This document shows, piece after piece, positions 1 through 11,408 of a stretch of 64,000 nucleotides of DNA. Both the position numbers and the translations under genes were made by a program. Source of the stretch: Mastigocoleus testarum BC008 (GTDB taxonomy: Bacteria > Cyanobacteriota > Cyanobacteriia > Cyanobacteriales > Nostocaceae); contig NZ_LMTZ01000096.1 of the NCBI RefSeq assembly GCF_001456025.1, forward strand, positions 1-64,000, given 5' to 3'. Under the pieces are notes generated by a model, which searched no databases, had not been told where the DNA came from, and worked only from the letters and a program-made list of their open reading frames with translations. Position 1 is the stretch's first letter. Each line of letters opens with the position of its first letter.

Positions 1-1208
1 GTGGTAAAAAGTACTTTTTTACTCTTTTATTATTGATTTATTTAAGTAATTACCGATTGTGACAGTTAGAGTGCGGAAGATGGGTTGATTTAAACGATAT
101 AGAGACGTACTAATGTACGTCTCTAAAAAAATTTTTATACATAATCTTTAGATGACTCTTGCAGAATCAGAAACTCAGCTTTTCTAAAAATATTTTTGCC
201 TTCAAGTCATCATTTTGATATTTGGAATGATATATTTATCTACCAATAAAACTTCAACAGTTAATCATTCACCAACTTTTTTAGGATATGAAAATATTAA
301 CCTCTTCTTCTTCTATCTGGTCTACCGTTATTGGGTACGGGTTTTCTGTTTCCCCAGGATTTCAGCCAATCCATTGTTTTTGCGACAATATCTGTTGGTA
401 ATTTTTGTTGTGTCATGATTTTGATGCTCTGAATTAACTCCAAAATTTACTACATTTATTCATTTATAAATTCCAGAAAAAATAGCAAATAAAATCTAGT
501 ACCGTTGCGCAAAATTCATTAGCATGGGGTGTAGGTAGAACATGACAGACCATGCACACAGGGCTTTAAGACCCAGCGTAGCGCTATATTATGTGGTTTT
601 ATTTAATCAGAATAATGATTTCAGTAACTGGTACTCCACCACATTAATTTTGATAGGTTTGTAATTGCGCTTTAGCGTATAAAAATATATTAAACAGGGC
701 TAAAAGCCCAACTACTTACCAATAAATGACTTCTAAAAATCTCCATGGTGAACCACTAGATTTTTAGTAAGTTAAAAAAATATTGATTCAAACCTCAATA
801 CTCAAGAAGCATAAATAAAAAAATAGAGACGCTGTCTTTTGCGTCCCTAAATTAGAGGAAACCCGTTGCTTGATTAAACTTTTAATTAATATTTAAATAT
901 GATACTTGTACAGCTTTATCATGCTATCAAGTGGTAGTTTAAATAACTACTTCCAATCAGTAGTCATTCTGCTGAGTTCAACTGATATTTATTTGGTCAA
1001 CATCTATATTGAACTTTACCAGAGATGAAAATAATTGAAGTAGAAAGAAGGTTACTAAAGAAACAATCTATCTTTCTTAACTCTCTCTAAGATTGGATAC
1101 AGCAGGGCACCTTATCAATCCGGAAAAGTAAAAAAAAGAATCAGCACACGACCGAGTCAAAACCCTGTAAAGTGTGCGAATGCTTGTTTAATCAAGGATT
1201 TAAAGCTT

Positions 1209-1982
1209 TTAAGCGAATGTGGAAAAATCTGTATTAGGAGGAACATCTTGAATTCTTCCTGGACCAACAGCTTGCAAAGCTTCTAATAAAGAAATATCAC
1301 CCGTATATAAAGCGCGACCAACTATAGCGCCATTCACACCATATTGCTCTAAAGCTAATAAACTGAGTAAATCGGTAATTGAACTGACACCACCAGAAGC
1401 AATGATGGGAATTTTGATGGCTGCTGCAAGTTCCCGTAATGCATCGAAATTAGGACCAGATAAAGTCCCATCACGTTGAATATCCGTATAAATTATTGCG
1501 GAAGCACCAAACTCTTCCATTTGCACCGCCAGTTCAGTTGCTAAAACTTCCGAAGTTTCTAGCCAACCACGAGTCGCCACTTTACCATTTCGAGCATCAA
1601 TACCGATCGCAATTTTTCCAGGAAATGCTTGACAGAGTTCTCTGACTAATTGAGGTTGCTCAACTGCGATTGTCCCGAGAATTGCTCGCTGTACTCCCAG
1701 ATTAAATACTTGTTCGACTGTATCGCGATTACGTAGACCTCCTCCCAATTGAATTGGTACGGATACTTCCCTAGCAATAGCTTCTATCGCACTTTGATTA
1801 ACCACCGAACCAGCTTTAGCACCATCAAGATCGACTACATGTAATACAGTCGCACCTTGGTCTACCCATTCTTTAGCAACATCGACAGGATTTTCATTGA
1901 AAACTTGCGATTTATCGTAGTCACCTTGATATAGTCGTACGCAACGACCGTCTAGCAAGTCAATCGCTGGAATAACATCCAT
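1209..1982 (-). CDS. hisA: 1-(5-phosphoribosyl)-5-[(5-phosphoribosylamino)methylideneamino]imidazole-4-carboxamide isomerase
   Basis: 257 aa (beta/alpha)8 barrel protein. N-terminus [17 protein letters not shown], then SGGVSS and [11 protein letters not shown] motifs typical of HisA. Confidence 0.85.
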   Translation of the reverse strand: MDVIPAIDLLDGRCVRLYQGDYDKSQVFNENPVDVAKEWVDQGATVLHVVDLDGAKAGSVVNQSAIEAIAREVSVPIQLGGGLRNRDTVEQVFNLGVQRAILGTIAVEQPQLVRELCQAFPGKIAIGIDARNGKVATRGWLETSEVLATELAVQMEEFGASAIIYTDIQRDGTLSGPNFDALRELAAAIKIPIIASGGVSSITDLLSLLALEQYGVNGAIVGRALYTGDISLLEALQAVGPGRIQDVPPNTDFSTFA

Positions 1983-2308
1983 TACACAAAATACAATTTA
2001 TTGCAAAATTACTATAGATAACACGAAAAGATATAACAAACATCTTTTTCGGCTTTAGATTACATTTTAATTTAATGTGGCTTTTTAGGATATAAGATTA
2101 TTATCTTTGAGACTTACTTCTTTTTTCTAACAATACTCAATATATTTTTGTTGGTTGAGACTATACTTAAGCTTAAAATACTAAGTACACTTTATCTTCT
2201 CTGCTTCCCACTTCTAAAAATCATCTTAGAAATCAAACAAGATTAATATATGAGAGTATTAGTCAAAAAAATTGAAGGTAATTGAGTTACGCCATAGTTT
2301 ATTTATTC

Positions 2309-3259
2309 TTAATTCGTTTGACCCAAATTACTTGGACAAGAAAATAGATTTTCTAAGTATGTGTCATCTAGGGTTTTATGCCACTGATACAGTTGCATCA
2401 TCACACTTGTAAAAGTAAAAGTAACTTCTACAAAGTGTAAAGCACTATTAAGCTCTAAAATTTCATTTTTTTGCTTTTCTTGTTTCTCTTCCCTTCTAAT
2501 TAAATCCGTAAGTTTTTGAGTACGCTTTTGTAAACTAGAAATAAAGGAATTACTAAATGCCCAGCAACTAATACTCCAAAATTTTGCTAAATAATTTACT
2601 TCATTTTGTAGAGGTTGAAGCATTAACTCCTGTAATTCTCCTGTTGAATGTGCCATTAACCAAATATAAGTAGATATGGCATTCCACTGGTCGACAATAT
2701 TATTTAATGCATTATTATAAATCTCTTCTTTTAGGTGACCTTTTAGTTTATAGGTTTTAACAGACCCATATTGAATATTAAGTTCTTTCGCAGTTAACCT
2801 CTGATATATTTTCCTAAATAAATCTGATTCTTTATACTCCTTGCTTCTACTTGTCCTATTGAACATGGATTTTGTTTTACTTGGAGGTGAAATACTTTCT
2901 AAAAAACATGACATTCGTGGATTTACAGCTTGCAAATATGCTCGTATTTCTGTCTCGCTATCATGACATTTCATTTCTAACTTTGCAGCAGTAATGATTT
3001 TATTGAGAAATAAATCACTAGAAACACCTATAACTTGTTTAAAGTTAATGTTTTGCCAATTAAGTGATTGGTGGTGATGTGTGCTATATGGGGTTTTTAA
3101 GGAAGTGTAAAAATTATGTAAATGAGAATATAATATCCCTGCCGAGAGATAATTTCTTATGAGGTAGTTAATCCTTTCCCGCGTTTGTAGATAACTCGGA
3201 TTGATATATAAATTTCCAGCCAAATCACTTGCCAACACACCTGAATTACAGTCTGGCAT
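2309..3259 (-). CDS. hypothetical protein in a low-GC island
   Basis: 316-aa ORF with no recognisable motifs. Codon usage is very AT-rich and differs from neighbours. It is flanked by ORF-free AT-rich DNA. Confidence 0.4.
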   Translation of the reverse strand: MPDCNSGVLASDLAGNLYINPSYLQTRERINYLIRNYLSAGILYSHLHNFYTSLKTPYSTHHHQSLNWQNINFKQVIGVSSDLFLNKIITAAKLEMKCHDSETEIRAYLQAVNPRMSCFLESISPPSKTKSMFNRTSRSKEYKESDLFRKIYQRLTAKELNIQYGSVKTYKLKGHLKEEIYNNALNNIVDQWNAISTYIWLMAHSTGELQELMLQPLQNEVNYLAKFWSISCWAFSNSFISSLQKRTQKLTDLIRREEKQEKQKNEILELNSALHFVEVTFTFTSVMMQLYQWHKTLDDTYLENLFSCPSNLGQTN

Positions 3260-3942
3260 TTATTTATTCCCCTAATAAAAATTAATTCAAAGTTTTTACT
3301 ATGAAAAAGCTTTTTGATAGTTTTCTAATTGTATCCGGGTTTTCCCCAATACTCTCTAAAGATAAAATGAATAAAGTAAGTTGTAATTCATAGAAAGTTT
3401 AGAATAAAGTTTATCTATTAGGCAAATATATTGATACATTTGATATTTTTGGCTCTAGAGATACAGCCATTAAGAATTAACGCTTGGAAAAGTATTACAA
3501 GGGTTATTAAACTACAAAGATAGCCAAAGACTTACAGAGACTTGTGTTAATTACGAAAAAATATATAATGAACAATTCTATTTGTTATATATAAAACAAA
3601 ATTAACGTCAATAAAATAAGTGTATTCACATAGGGTAGATTACTTTGTGTGAATAATTTTTTGTAAGTAAAAATATTCAAAATTCTAATTTATAAGTTTT
3701 TTTGACTTTTGAAATGGAAATTATAAAGTTTGAATTATGAAGTCTTAAAGTTTAAATATTAAATAAAGTTTAAATATTAAATACTAACTTGTTTGGCTCA
3801 GGACTTACACGAAATAAACGTAATTACGTCATTACGTTAGTGCAAGCGCGTAAACATACCGGATTTGTTCCGTTCCGTAGGTAGCGCAGCTAAAGTAGCA
3901 CAGTTCTAGGTATTGGGTTTCCATAAAGAAAAGCGACAGTGA

Positions 3943-4085
3943 GGTATATGTCCTGCGGACACGCTTACACTAACGCCAAAGTCCCTGAGATTGCTATCTC
4001 CCTTTGGGAGACGCTTTGCTAACCCTACATGTAGTGACCGTCGCAATGACAAATCTATGTCCTACGGACACGCTATGCTTACGTT
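3943..4085. repeat. cluster of short dispersed hairpin repeats of two families (TGTCCTRCGGACACGC, and TCTCCCTTYGGGAGACGCT..CCTACAT)
   Basis: TGTCCTGCGGACACGC at about 3949 and 4059 also occurs at about 23751. CTATCTCCCTTTGGGAGACGCTTTGCTAACCCTACATGTAG at about 3995-4033 is near-identical to 11276-11317. Confidence 0.6.
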
Positions 4086-4104
4086 GCGTAGGTAAGTCCT
4101 GTGG

Positions 4105-4413
4105 CTAACTTTGTCCTTCTTCATTCTTTTGTTTTGCTTGAATAATTGCTTTCCGAAAACCCAGGACAATTAAAATGTTAGTCAGAGTGAGAAAAACTTC
4201 CGCACTTCCATGCAGCCAATCAACGTTTGCTAAGGATTTACCATAAGCAGATTGGGCGTATAGTTCTGCAGGAATAGTGATAGCCACAAATACCAAAGTC
4301 CCATAGAAACCGATGAGTGCTAAACGAGGTACCTGAGGAACGCGACTCAAAAACCACAAAAATCCTAAATAGGGAAACAACGAAAGAGCAAATAAAGTTT
4401 CTTTTGAAATCAT
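4105..4413 (-). CDS. small integral membrane protein, probably DUF3593 family
   Basis: 102 aa with three hydrophobic helices. It is paired with the next small membrane ORF, as is common in cyanobacteria. Family assignment is from memory only. Confidence 0.5.
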   Translation of the reverse strand: MISKETLFALSLFPYLGFLWFLSRVPQVPRLALIGFYGTLVFVAITIPAELYAQSAYGKSLANVDWLHGSAEVFLTLTNILIVLGFRKAIIQAKQKNEEGQS

Positions 4414-4501
4414 GGTGAGCAGTTAATGAGTAATTGATTAGATTGAATATCTTGTCCATCCAGTAAAGACTATTTTTGATTTCTTTATGGGTTTTTATTT
4501 T

Positions 4502-4822
4502 TTAAAGCTGTGAAGTATTCTCATCAAAAGATTTACTAGCTCGCCAAATCCACCAAGATGCAACCAAAAGGGTAAAGTTACCAAGTAAAGTCATACTGGC
4601 TTGCAAAATCACTAACCACTCCAAAAATTCGGCATTATCAAAAAAGTGCCAAGTACAAGCACACATCGCACTCACCAAAGCCGGTAACATAGCCAGAGAT
4701 AACGTCCACCAACTACGATTACCAGTTATTTCGCCATATTCCCAGATTAACCAGATCGCGGCGATCCACTCAATAACGCTTGAAACATGAATTATCCAGG
4801 TTGGGATTGAAAGTGCGTGCAT
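4502..4822 (-). CDS. small integral membrane protein, probably DUF2499 / Ycf49-like
   Basis: 106 aa, Trp-rich, with three predicted TM helices. Adjacent to the DUF3593-like ORF. Confidence 0.5.
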   Translation of the reverse strand: MHALSIPTWIIHVSSVIEWIAAIWLIWEYGEITGNRSWWTLSLAMLPALVSAMCACTWHFFDNAEFLEWLVILQASMTLLGNFTLLVASWWIWRASKSFDENTSQL

Positions 4823-5069
4823 ATTATTTATTAGTTTTAGATTATGGATTCTGAGCTACAAATTTGAATTGTAAAGCTCTGAGGTTATAGCTGTGAATTT
4901 AGTACAGCACAGTAGGACAGGTTAGGAACCAACAAGATACAGTTTGCTTTCTTTTAATAAGTTGTGGCAGAAGTGTCTTGTTTGTGGTCTATATTTATGC
5001 AAAATATCAGGTTGAAGACAAGTATTTGCGTCTTCTTCCAAAAAACCTTTGATTTAACTGAAATCCAAC

Positions 5070-6125
5070 ATGGCTATGCGAGCATTGTTATCTGGATATT
5101 ATGGTTTGGGGAACGGTGGAGATGAGGCTTTGCTAGCAACGCTCTTGCAAATGCTACCACCGTCAGTAACACCTGTAGTACTCTCCGGGAATCTAGAAGA
5201 AACCCGAAAGCGTTATGGGGTGGAAGTATACGAACGCAAATCTTTATTAGAAGTGACAAAAGCTTTACGCTCTTGTGATGCTTTTATTTGGGGTGGAGGA
5301 AGTTTAATTCAAGATGCGACTAGCGCTCTTAACCCCTTCTACTATGGAACAATAATGGCGATCGCCCAAAAAATGGGTTTAAAAACAGTTGCTTGGGGTC
5401 AAGGAATAGGTCCTTTACAGCGACCCATAACTCGTTGGTTAGCTAAAACAACTTTTGGTAGTTGCACTCGGGTGAGCGTTCGCGATCGCGTATCTGCTGC
5501 TTTGCTTTCAGAGTGGAAAATTCCTCATATCCTTGCTCCCGACCCAGTATGGGCGTTAGAATCCCAGCCGTTACCAGGGTTATCCGACCTACCAGCACCC
5601 AGAGTTGCTGTAACATTACGGAATCATTCACAACTTACCCCAGACCGTTTGCATAATTTAACTCGTGCTCTAGTTGACTTTCAAAAAGCCACAGAAACAT
5701 TTATTTTACTTTTACCTTTTCAAAAGAATAAAGACCTAAGTATTGCAGAAGGAATAAAAGCACAACTTACCGAGGACAGCAAAATTATCTGTGTAGAAGA
5801 GCCACAAATTCTCAAGGGTATTTATCGTGGAGTAGAAATGGCTATTGGAATGCGTTTACATAGTTTAATTATGGCAGCAGCAGAAGAATGTCGCTGTTTT
5901 GCTATCAGTTACGATCCTAAAATTAATCGACTAATGGAAGATTTAGATCTACCTGGTTGGGATTTAGCTTCCTTACCTGACGATCCCAACTTGATGAGCA
6001 AAGCATGGATAGAACATTACGCTAATGGAGAAGCACTTTCACAAGACCGCCTAAAGTTTATGTTGGATCGAGCACTGATACATCGTGAAATTTTATTTGA
6101 ATCTTTAGATACTCAAACTTCCTAG
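5070..6125 (+). CDS. csaB: polysaccharide pyruvyl transferase CsaB family protein
   Basis: N-terminus LLSGYYGLGNGGDEALL, then FIWGGGSLIQD and MRLHSLIMAA motifs of the PS_pyruv_trans / CsaB family. Confidence 0.7.
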   Translation: MAMRALLSGYYGLGNGGDEALLATLLQMLPPSVTPVVLSGNLEETRKRYGVEVYERKSLLEVTKALRSCDAFIWGGGSLIQDATSALNPFYYGTIMAIAQKMGLKTVAWGQGIGPLQRPITRWLAKTTFGSCTRVSVRDRVSAALLSEWKIPHILAPDPVWALESQPLPGLSDLPAPRVAVTLRNHSQLTPDRLHNLTRALVDFQKATETFILLLPFQKNKDLSIAEGIKAQLTEDSKIICVEEPQILKGIYRGVEMAIGMRLHSLIMAAAEECRCFAISYDPKINRLMEDLDLPGWDLASLPDDPNLMSKAWIEHYANGEALSQDRLKFMLDRALIHREILFESLDTQTS

Positions 6126-6786
6126 GTTTCAGTTTTGATCAAAATCCTACCTAATTATGTAGTGCTATATACGTATTTAAATCACAGTAGTTTCATTTCT
6201 TATTCCAGTCGCAACAAGACTTAGGCTTTAAGTTTATACTTGCTTTCAGTTAAAAACTACTGTTAATTAAGTATAAAATGTCTTAACATTCTGTTTTGTT
6301 ATATACTTTAGCATCAGGTAAAATTCTGTGTAAGTATAGTTATCTCATAACTCGGTAAATACTTATCGTTTTCACCTAATGATAAGAAGTAAAAACTGAA
6401 CAAAAGGATTACAATTTTCTTCTCATACTGCCCGCTTTGCCTTTACTTGTCTTCATCTGAAGCCATAAACACTCAACCGAAAGGAATTTAGATTGGGAGC
6501 ATCTCAAAACATAAGGCAAATTGAATAGCATTTAAGTATTATTTCTTATATGCAATTATAAAAGCTTTAAGATGACAGTTGTTTCCGATATCTTAGTAAC
6601 TTTCACTGTGGAATAAATATAATCTTATAGTTCGTTTAAAGTAAAACTACAATAGCTCTTAAATCAACCCTCGCACGTCAATGCTTCTAAATTAACGCTT
6701 GTATAAAAATCAGACAGCAAATATTGCTTTGCTAGGTCAATCCGGTATAACCGAAATTTATCTAGGCAAAAAATTGAGAATTAAAG

Positions 6787-8181
6787 ATGGAAAATATCAA
6801 CAAAGTTCAATTTAACTTAAGCGATCAGGAACCCGAGTTTGGGGAACATATTCCTAAAGGAGTTGATTTAAAATTATTAACTGAATCAAAATGGGTAAGA
6901 CTTGCGAACAACCCAGTCAAATCTGTTTTGTTAGTTGCGATCGCCTTACTATTTGTTGGAACGACAACACAAACAGCTTCAGCTCGGGAAAGGGGTCAGC
7001 AAGGTCAACAGGTTAGTTATATTCAAAGATGTTTAAAAAGATTAGGCTATTTTAACGCTAGGGTCACAGGGTTTTATGGCTCTGCGACTGAAGCTGCTGT
7101 AACAAGATTTCAAGCTGCTGTAGGTTTGCAACAGGTCGGTAAGGTCGGACCGCGCACTACAAGAGCACTCAATCGTAGGTGTGGTGGTACGAGAAGAGGT
7201 GGTGGTTTAAGAAATGGTAGTAGTGGTCCAACCGTAAGGCGACTACAACGAAATTTAAAAACATTGGGTTATTATAACGGACCAATCACCGGTCATTTTC
7301 GTAATTTAACTGAAGCAGCAGTTAGACGATTTCAGCGAGATAACGGTATATCTGCTATTGGGGTTGTCGGACCTAGGACTAATGCTGCAATTCGCAGGGG
7401 TTTAGAAACTGCTAGAGCACCCAGAATACAACCCGCAGCATCTAGACCTTCTAACGGTCGCTACTGTAATCCTGATTTTGAAGCTCTTTCTGTTGGTTGT
7501 AATGGTGAATGGGTGAGAGAGTTACAATCAAACTTACAACGCTTGGGAGTTTATAATGGTTCGGTGGATGGTTCCTTTGGTTCCCGTACTGAAAGAGCTG
7601 TAATGAGATTTCAGGAATACAGAGGTTTGCGTGCGAATGGAATAGCTGATCGCAATACTTTAATTGCAATTCGCACAGAAATTAATAATCGTTCTGGCGA
7701 TCAATCTTACGTTCCAAATACAATTCCAAATGATAATTTTAATGCCGGTATGGGTGGTTCGGAAGTACTCCTACGAGAAGGTGATAGGGGAAAAGGAGTA
7801 ACGCAACTCCAAAAACGTTTACAAGAGTTAGGATTTTTCCGACAGGAACCTACGGGTTATTTTGGTCCGACAACAAGGGAAGCTGTAGCTGCTTACCAAA
7901 GATTTAATGGTTTATCAATCACTGGAGCCGTAGATCGAGAAACATCAAAACAATTAGGCTTAAATCGTCGGCGAGGTGATAGGCGTTACGTGGTGGTAGT
8001 ACCCGTCAACGGACGTGATATTCTGTGGAGAGTACGCCAATTTATTCCCAACGCTTTTGCTGCTCGATCTCCACGGGGAGAGTACGTCAACGCCGGAGAA
8101 TTTGAAGATATTTCCCAAGCCCGAGAAGTTTCTAAAGAACTGCGCGAACGGGGTTTAGATGCACGAGTAGAATATTTATAA
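6787..8181 (+). CDS. peptidoglycan-binding protein with five PG_binding_1 repeats and a SPOR-like C-terminal domain
   Basis: An N-terminal TM helix is followed by five repeats of the LQxxLxxLGYYxGxxxGxFGxxTxxAVxxFQ type. The C-terminal YVVVVP...GEFEDISQAREVSKELRERGLDARVEY resembles a SPOR fold. Confidence 0.7.
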   Translation: MENINKVQFNLSDQEPEFGEHIPKGVDLKLLTESKWVRLANNPVKSVLLVAIALLFVGTTTQTASARERGQQGQQVSYIQRCLKRLGYFNARVTGFYGSATEAAVTRFQAAVGLQQVGKVGPRTTRALNRRCGGTRRGGGLRNGSSGPTVRRLQRNLKTLGYYNGPITGHFRNLTEAAVRRFQRDNGISAIGVVGPRTNAAIRRGLETARAPRIQPAASRPSNGRYCNPDFEALSVGCNGEWVRELQSNLQRLGVYNGSVDGSFGSRTERAVMRFQEYRGLRANGIADRNTLIAIRTEINNRSGDQSYVPNTIPNDNFNAGMGGSEVLLREGDRGKGVTQLQKRLQELGFFRQEPTGYFGPTTREAVAAYQRFNGLSITGAVDRETSKQLGLNRRRGDRRYVVVVPVNGRDILWRVRQFIPNAFAARSPRGEYVNAGEFEDISQAREVSKELRERGLDARVEYL

Positions 8182-8413
8182 TTTATTTTTCTGCTGCTAG
8201 TTTAACTATTAGTAAAACAAGCAATAAGACATCAGAAAACTTATTATCCTCAATATAGTTCATGCTTGTAGCATGGACATTTTTATAGTGGATTATTTTT
8301 TTCTGATTGTCCGTTCAGCATAAATTTATATCAAATTTATGGTCAAATCCCCAAAATCCCGTTTTAATCTCCTTTCAGCACCCATACAAAAGGCTTTAAA
8401 AACAGACTTAAAT

Positions 8414-9355
8414 TTAAATTGGTGCTCTACGGATCAAACGACCAATACCAGAACCGAAACGTAAGGCAAATTTATACCATTGAACTTTTATTTCTGAATA
8501 AATCTGAATGGGTCCTTGAGAATGTTGCCAATATGCTTTGTCGGTTAAGTTTGGACTGTCACCTTGCAAAGCATTCACAATAATTTTCTTACGCCAAGGT
8601 TTAACCTTTGGAGCCGCAGCATGGGACATGATATTACCACCAGGTAAAAAATCCATTCCTTCAGGACCAACCGTACTCAATGGATAAGAAGTCAGCATCA
8701 GCGCCAAGTTAAAGTAGGTCTGATCCGTATCAAGGTAAGGGTAAGTATCACCATTTCTATTGGTAAAATCTTCAATATCTGAATGTCCTGCAGCTGTACC
8801 AATCTCTATCAGCTTTTTCCAGAGCAAAAGAATAGATTTATAACTACGAGGAACACCAACAAAACCACTGTTGTAGTTAAAATCTAAATCGCGTTTGCAA
8901 TCAAAGCCATTATCCAGAGCAAATTCTTTCCAAGCTAAACGTCTGGGATGGTTTGCAGGAACCCTAAACCACGAATCTCCACAAAGAGCGATGCCGTGAC
9001 GAAACCAATTCTGATAAAATTCCCAATTAAATTTATTAACAATATCAGGATCGAAGTAACAAAGAGCATCGACTTCTGGACAGTATTTTTCTAGTAAATC
9101 CCACATAAAATCCGGTTTGTAGTAAGCCAGATGTTTTGTAGTCGTGAGCTCTACAAATCGGATAACGCAATCTTGTGCAATGGAAAATTCATGATAACCA
9201 TCTTTATTTTTCAGCAATTTTGCCCAAGGTGGTAAATTACCGCGATACCCAGCCCATACGACACCACGAAAACCGTAGTTATAGAGAGAATTAGTCAAAA
9301 CTCCCACACCATAGTGGTAGTCTCCTTCGTATAAAGTGCAAACGGCTGAAATCAT
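8414..9355 (-). CDS. hypothetical protein, possibly a nucleotide-sugar transferase-like enzyme
   Basis: 313-aa ORF with normal codon usage and Trp/Tyr-rich sequence. No confident motif. It is adjacent to envelope genes. Confidence 0.4.
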   Translation of the reverse strand: MISAVCTLYEGDYHYGVGVLTNSLYNYGFRGVVWAGYRGNLPPWAKLLKNKDGYHEFSIAQDCVIRFVELTTTKHLAYYKPDFMWDLLEKYCPEVDALCYFDPDIVNKFNWEFYQNWFRHGIALCGDSWFRVPANHPRRLAWKEFALDNGFDCKRDLDFNYNSGFVGVPRSYKSILLLWKKLIEIGTAAGHSDIEDFTNRNGDTYPYLDTDQTYFNLALMLTSYPLSTVGPEGMDFLPGGNIMSHAAAPKVKPWRKKIIVNALQGDSPNLTDKAYWQHSQGPIQIYSEIKVQWYKFALRFGSGIGRLIRRAPI

Positions 9356-9627
9356 TGTTGTACTTACACTCGCTTACAATGGCATTAATTAATTGATAGC
9401 AATAAAATCAATTATTGTTCATTAGAATTGCAGCAAATAATCTTTAAATCCATAGGGGATAATGATTTAACTGTAATCATACAAATTTCCTGTTGTGGCT
9501 ATAGTCATCTCGTATGATTTACCAACCGTTAATTATTGGAAATACCCCACCCATATCTCCAGAATTTAACCATTACCCAGTAAAATAATTGGGCAAATGT
9601 GCAAGCAAGAAAACAGGTTTATACCCC

Positions 9628-10500
9628 ATGGCAGAAGCTCGAATTGGTATTATTGGTGGCAGCGGTTTATACAAGATGGATGCCCTCAAAGATGTAGAGG
9701 AAATACAGATAGACACACCATTCGGTTCTCCATCTGATGCCTTAATTCTGGGTAGTTTAGAAGGAACAAAAGTAGCTTTTTTGGCGCGCCACGGTCGCAA
9801 TCATACACTTTTACCTTCAGAATTACCGTTTCGTGCCAATATCTACGCTATGAAAAAACTGGGTGTGGAGTACTTAATTTCCGCAAGTGCTGTAGGTTCC
9901 CTGAAAGCAGAGGTAAAACCGCTTGATATGGTGGTTCCAGATCAGTTTATTGATCGGACAAAAGGTCGCACTTCTACTTTTTTTGGTGAGGGAATAGTTG
10001 CTCATATCGCTTTTGGCGATCCGGTATGTAAAAATTTAGCTAACGTATTGAGTGAAGCGATCGCATCTTTAGATTTACCAGATGTATCCAGCCATAAGGA
10101 TGGTACCTATGTCTGCATGGAAGGTCCAGCATTTTCCACCAAAGCCGAATCCAATTTGTACCGTAGTTGGGACGCAACAGTAATTGGTATGACTAATCTA
10201 CCAGAAGCAAAATTGGCTCGGGAAGCGGAAATCGCTTATGCAACTTTAGCGCTAGTAACAGATTATGATTGCTGGCATCCCGACCATGATAGTGTGACAG
10301 TAGAAATGGTAGTGGAGAATTTGCAACGTAATGCTATCAATGCTCAGAAGGTTATTTTAGCTGCAGTACAAAGTTTGAGTAAGAATCCACCTGTAAGTGA
10401 TGCTCATTCGGCTTTAAAGTATTCAATTTTAACTCCTTTAGACAAAGCACCTACTGCAACTAAAGAAAAATTGAGACTACTATTGCAAAAGTATTTATAA
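9628..10500 (+). CDS. mtnP: S-methyl-5'-thioadenosine phosphorylase
   Basis: [15 protein letters not shown] and [30 protein letters not shown] are typical of the MTAP/PNP family. The start is taken at the internal ATG of the 9589 ORF. Confidence 0.8.
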   Translation: MAEARIGIIGGSGLYKMDALKDVEEIQIDTPFGSPSDALILGSLEGTKVAFLARHGRNHTLLPSELPFRANIYAMKKLGVEYLISASAVGSLKAEVKPLDMVVPDQFIDRTKGRTSTFFGEGIVAHIAFGDPVCKNLANVLSEAIASLDLPDVSSHKDGTYVCMEGPAFSTKAESNLYRSWDATVIGMTNLPEAKLAREAEIAYATLALVTDYDCWHPDHDSVTVEMVVENLQRNAINAQKVILAAVQSLSKNPPVSDAHSALKYSILTPLDKAPTATKEKLRLLLQKYL

Positions 10501-10575
10501 ATATAACTGTATATCTTCCCTTTATTTCAACCTAAATTAGGTAAACAGAAATCTATATTTTGATTTTTGAAATAA

Positions 10576-10923
10576 TTGGGGTATAAAGGCATGTTTACTT
10601 TAGCTCAGATAAATCTTGGATTTAACCCAGCCAGCTTGATTGGGTTATTTTATATGCTTTTTAGCATAATTTATTTTATCTCCATGATAGTTTTCCTCAG
10701 AAGAAGTGCAAAGAAATTAAGTAATTCAGCAATTATTTTTTATGTGATTCAAGCTATATTTGCATCATTCTTAATGTTGATTTCTGGCGTAATTTTAACT
10801 TTTCAAGGTTGGCGTTTAGATCCAATACTTCAATTTGGAGAATTTTGCCTACTGATACTAGTAATTTATTTGAGCGTCAAAGATGTTGTAACTAATGTAA
10901 TCAAAAGTAGCAGGCGTCTTTGA
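10576..10923 (+). CDS. ycf66: Ycf66 family membrane protein
   Basis: TM helices plus the FQGWRLDPILQFGEF motif remembered from Ycf66. The true start may be the second ATG at about 10591. Confidence 0.6.
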   Translation: MGYKGMFTLAQINLGFNPASLIGLFYMLFSIIYFISMIVFLRRSAKKLSNSAIIFYVIQAIFASFLMLISGVILTFQGWRLDPILQFGEFCLLILVIYLSVKDVVTNVIKSSRRL

Positions 10924-11275
10924 TTATTACTTCTAAGGAACGAGAATTTAATAACTTATAATTCTGAAATTTGGAATGGTGCGTTACGCGATGCTAACAG
11001 CATCCTACTTTTATATTTTATTTAATCCACATTCCCAAATAATTCTATATTTTGTTTTTAAATGCTTTATCGAGCTTTCAAAGCGCATTAAAAAACCAAA
11101 AAACTTGCTTATATTTCTTTTTATGCTACATTTGTAGTATAGAAATAGATCGGTATCGCTGTAGTTCGGATTCTGTATATCTGACTGGTACGACAAGCAT
11201 TGCTTTGAGCGTATTCCGCGAAATACTTGAAACTATTTCAATAGCCTAAAGCATTGGTATATCGCCAATCAACGT

Positions 11276-11317
11276 GGGTATCTCCCTTCGGGAGACGCTA
11301 TGCGAACAATCCTACAT
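11276..11317. repeat. dispersed hairpin repeat (TCTCCCTTCGGGAGACGCT...CCTACAT family)
   Basis: Near-identical to the copy at about 3995-4033. It lies immediately upstream of the tRNA-like element. Confidence 0.6.
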
Positions 11318-11333
11318 TAGGCTTCCTTCAATC

Positions 11334-11408
11334 TAGAAGTTAGCTCACTGGCAGAGCAATAGACACTTAAGCTATTGGTGATAGGTTCGATTCCTATACT
11401 TTTAACCA
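11334..11408 (+). tRNA. tRNA-like element, probably a degenerate tRNA (anticodon CUU position, atypical anticodon loop)
   Basis: Manual fold gives an acceptor stem TAGAAGT/ACTTTTA with one G-U pair, a D-arm GCTC-ACTGGCA-GAGC, a T-arm ATAGG-TTCGATT-CCTAT and an encoded CCA. The anticodon stem has an A-G mismatch and A at position 33 instead of the universal U. Confidence 0.4.

Noticed and set aside
215-418. 67-aa plus-strand ORF
   Set aside because: AT-rich low-complexity sequence at the window edge with no motif or RBS, so likely non-coding.
5074-5656. Three small ORFs (5074-5259 minus, 5443-5631 minus, 5462-5656 plus)
   Set aside because: All lie inside the csaB pyruvyltransferase gene in other frames or strands.
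11334-11408. Possibility that the tRNA-like element is an intron-containing tRNA-Leu(UAA) as known in cyanobacteria
   Set aside because: The anticodon-arm region is only about 17 nt with no room for a group I intron. The anticodon position reads CUU, not UAA.
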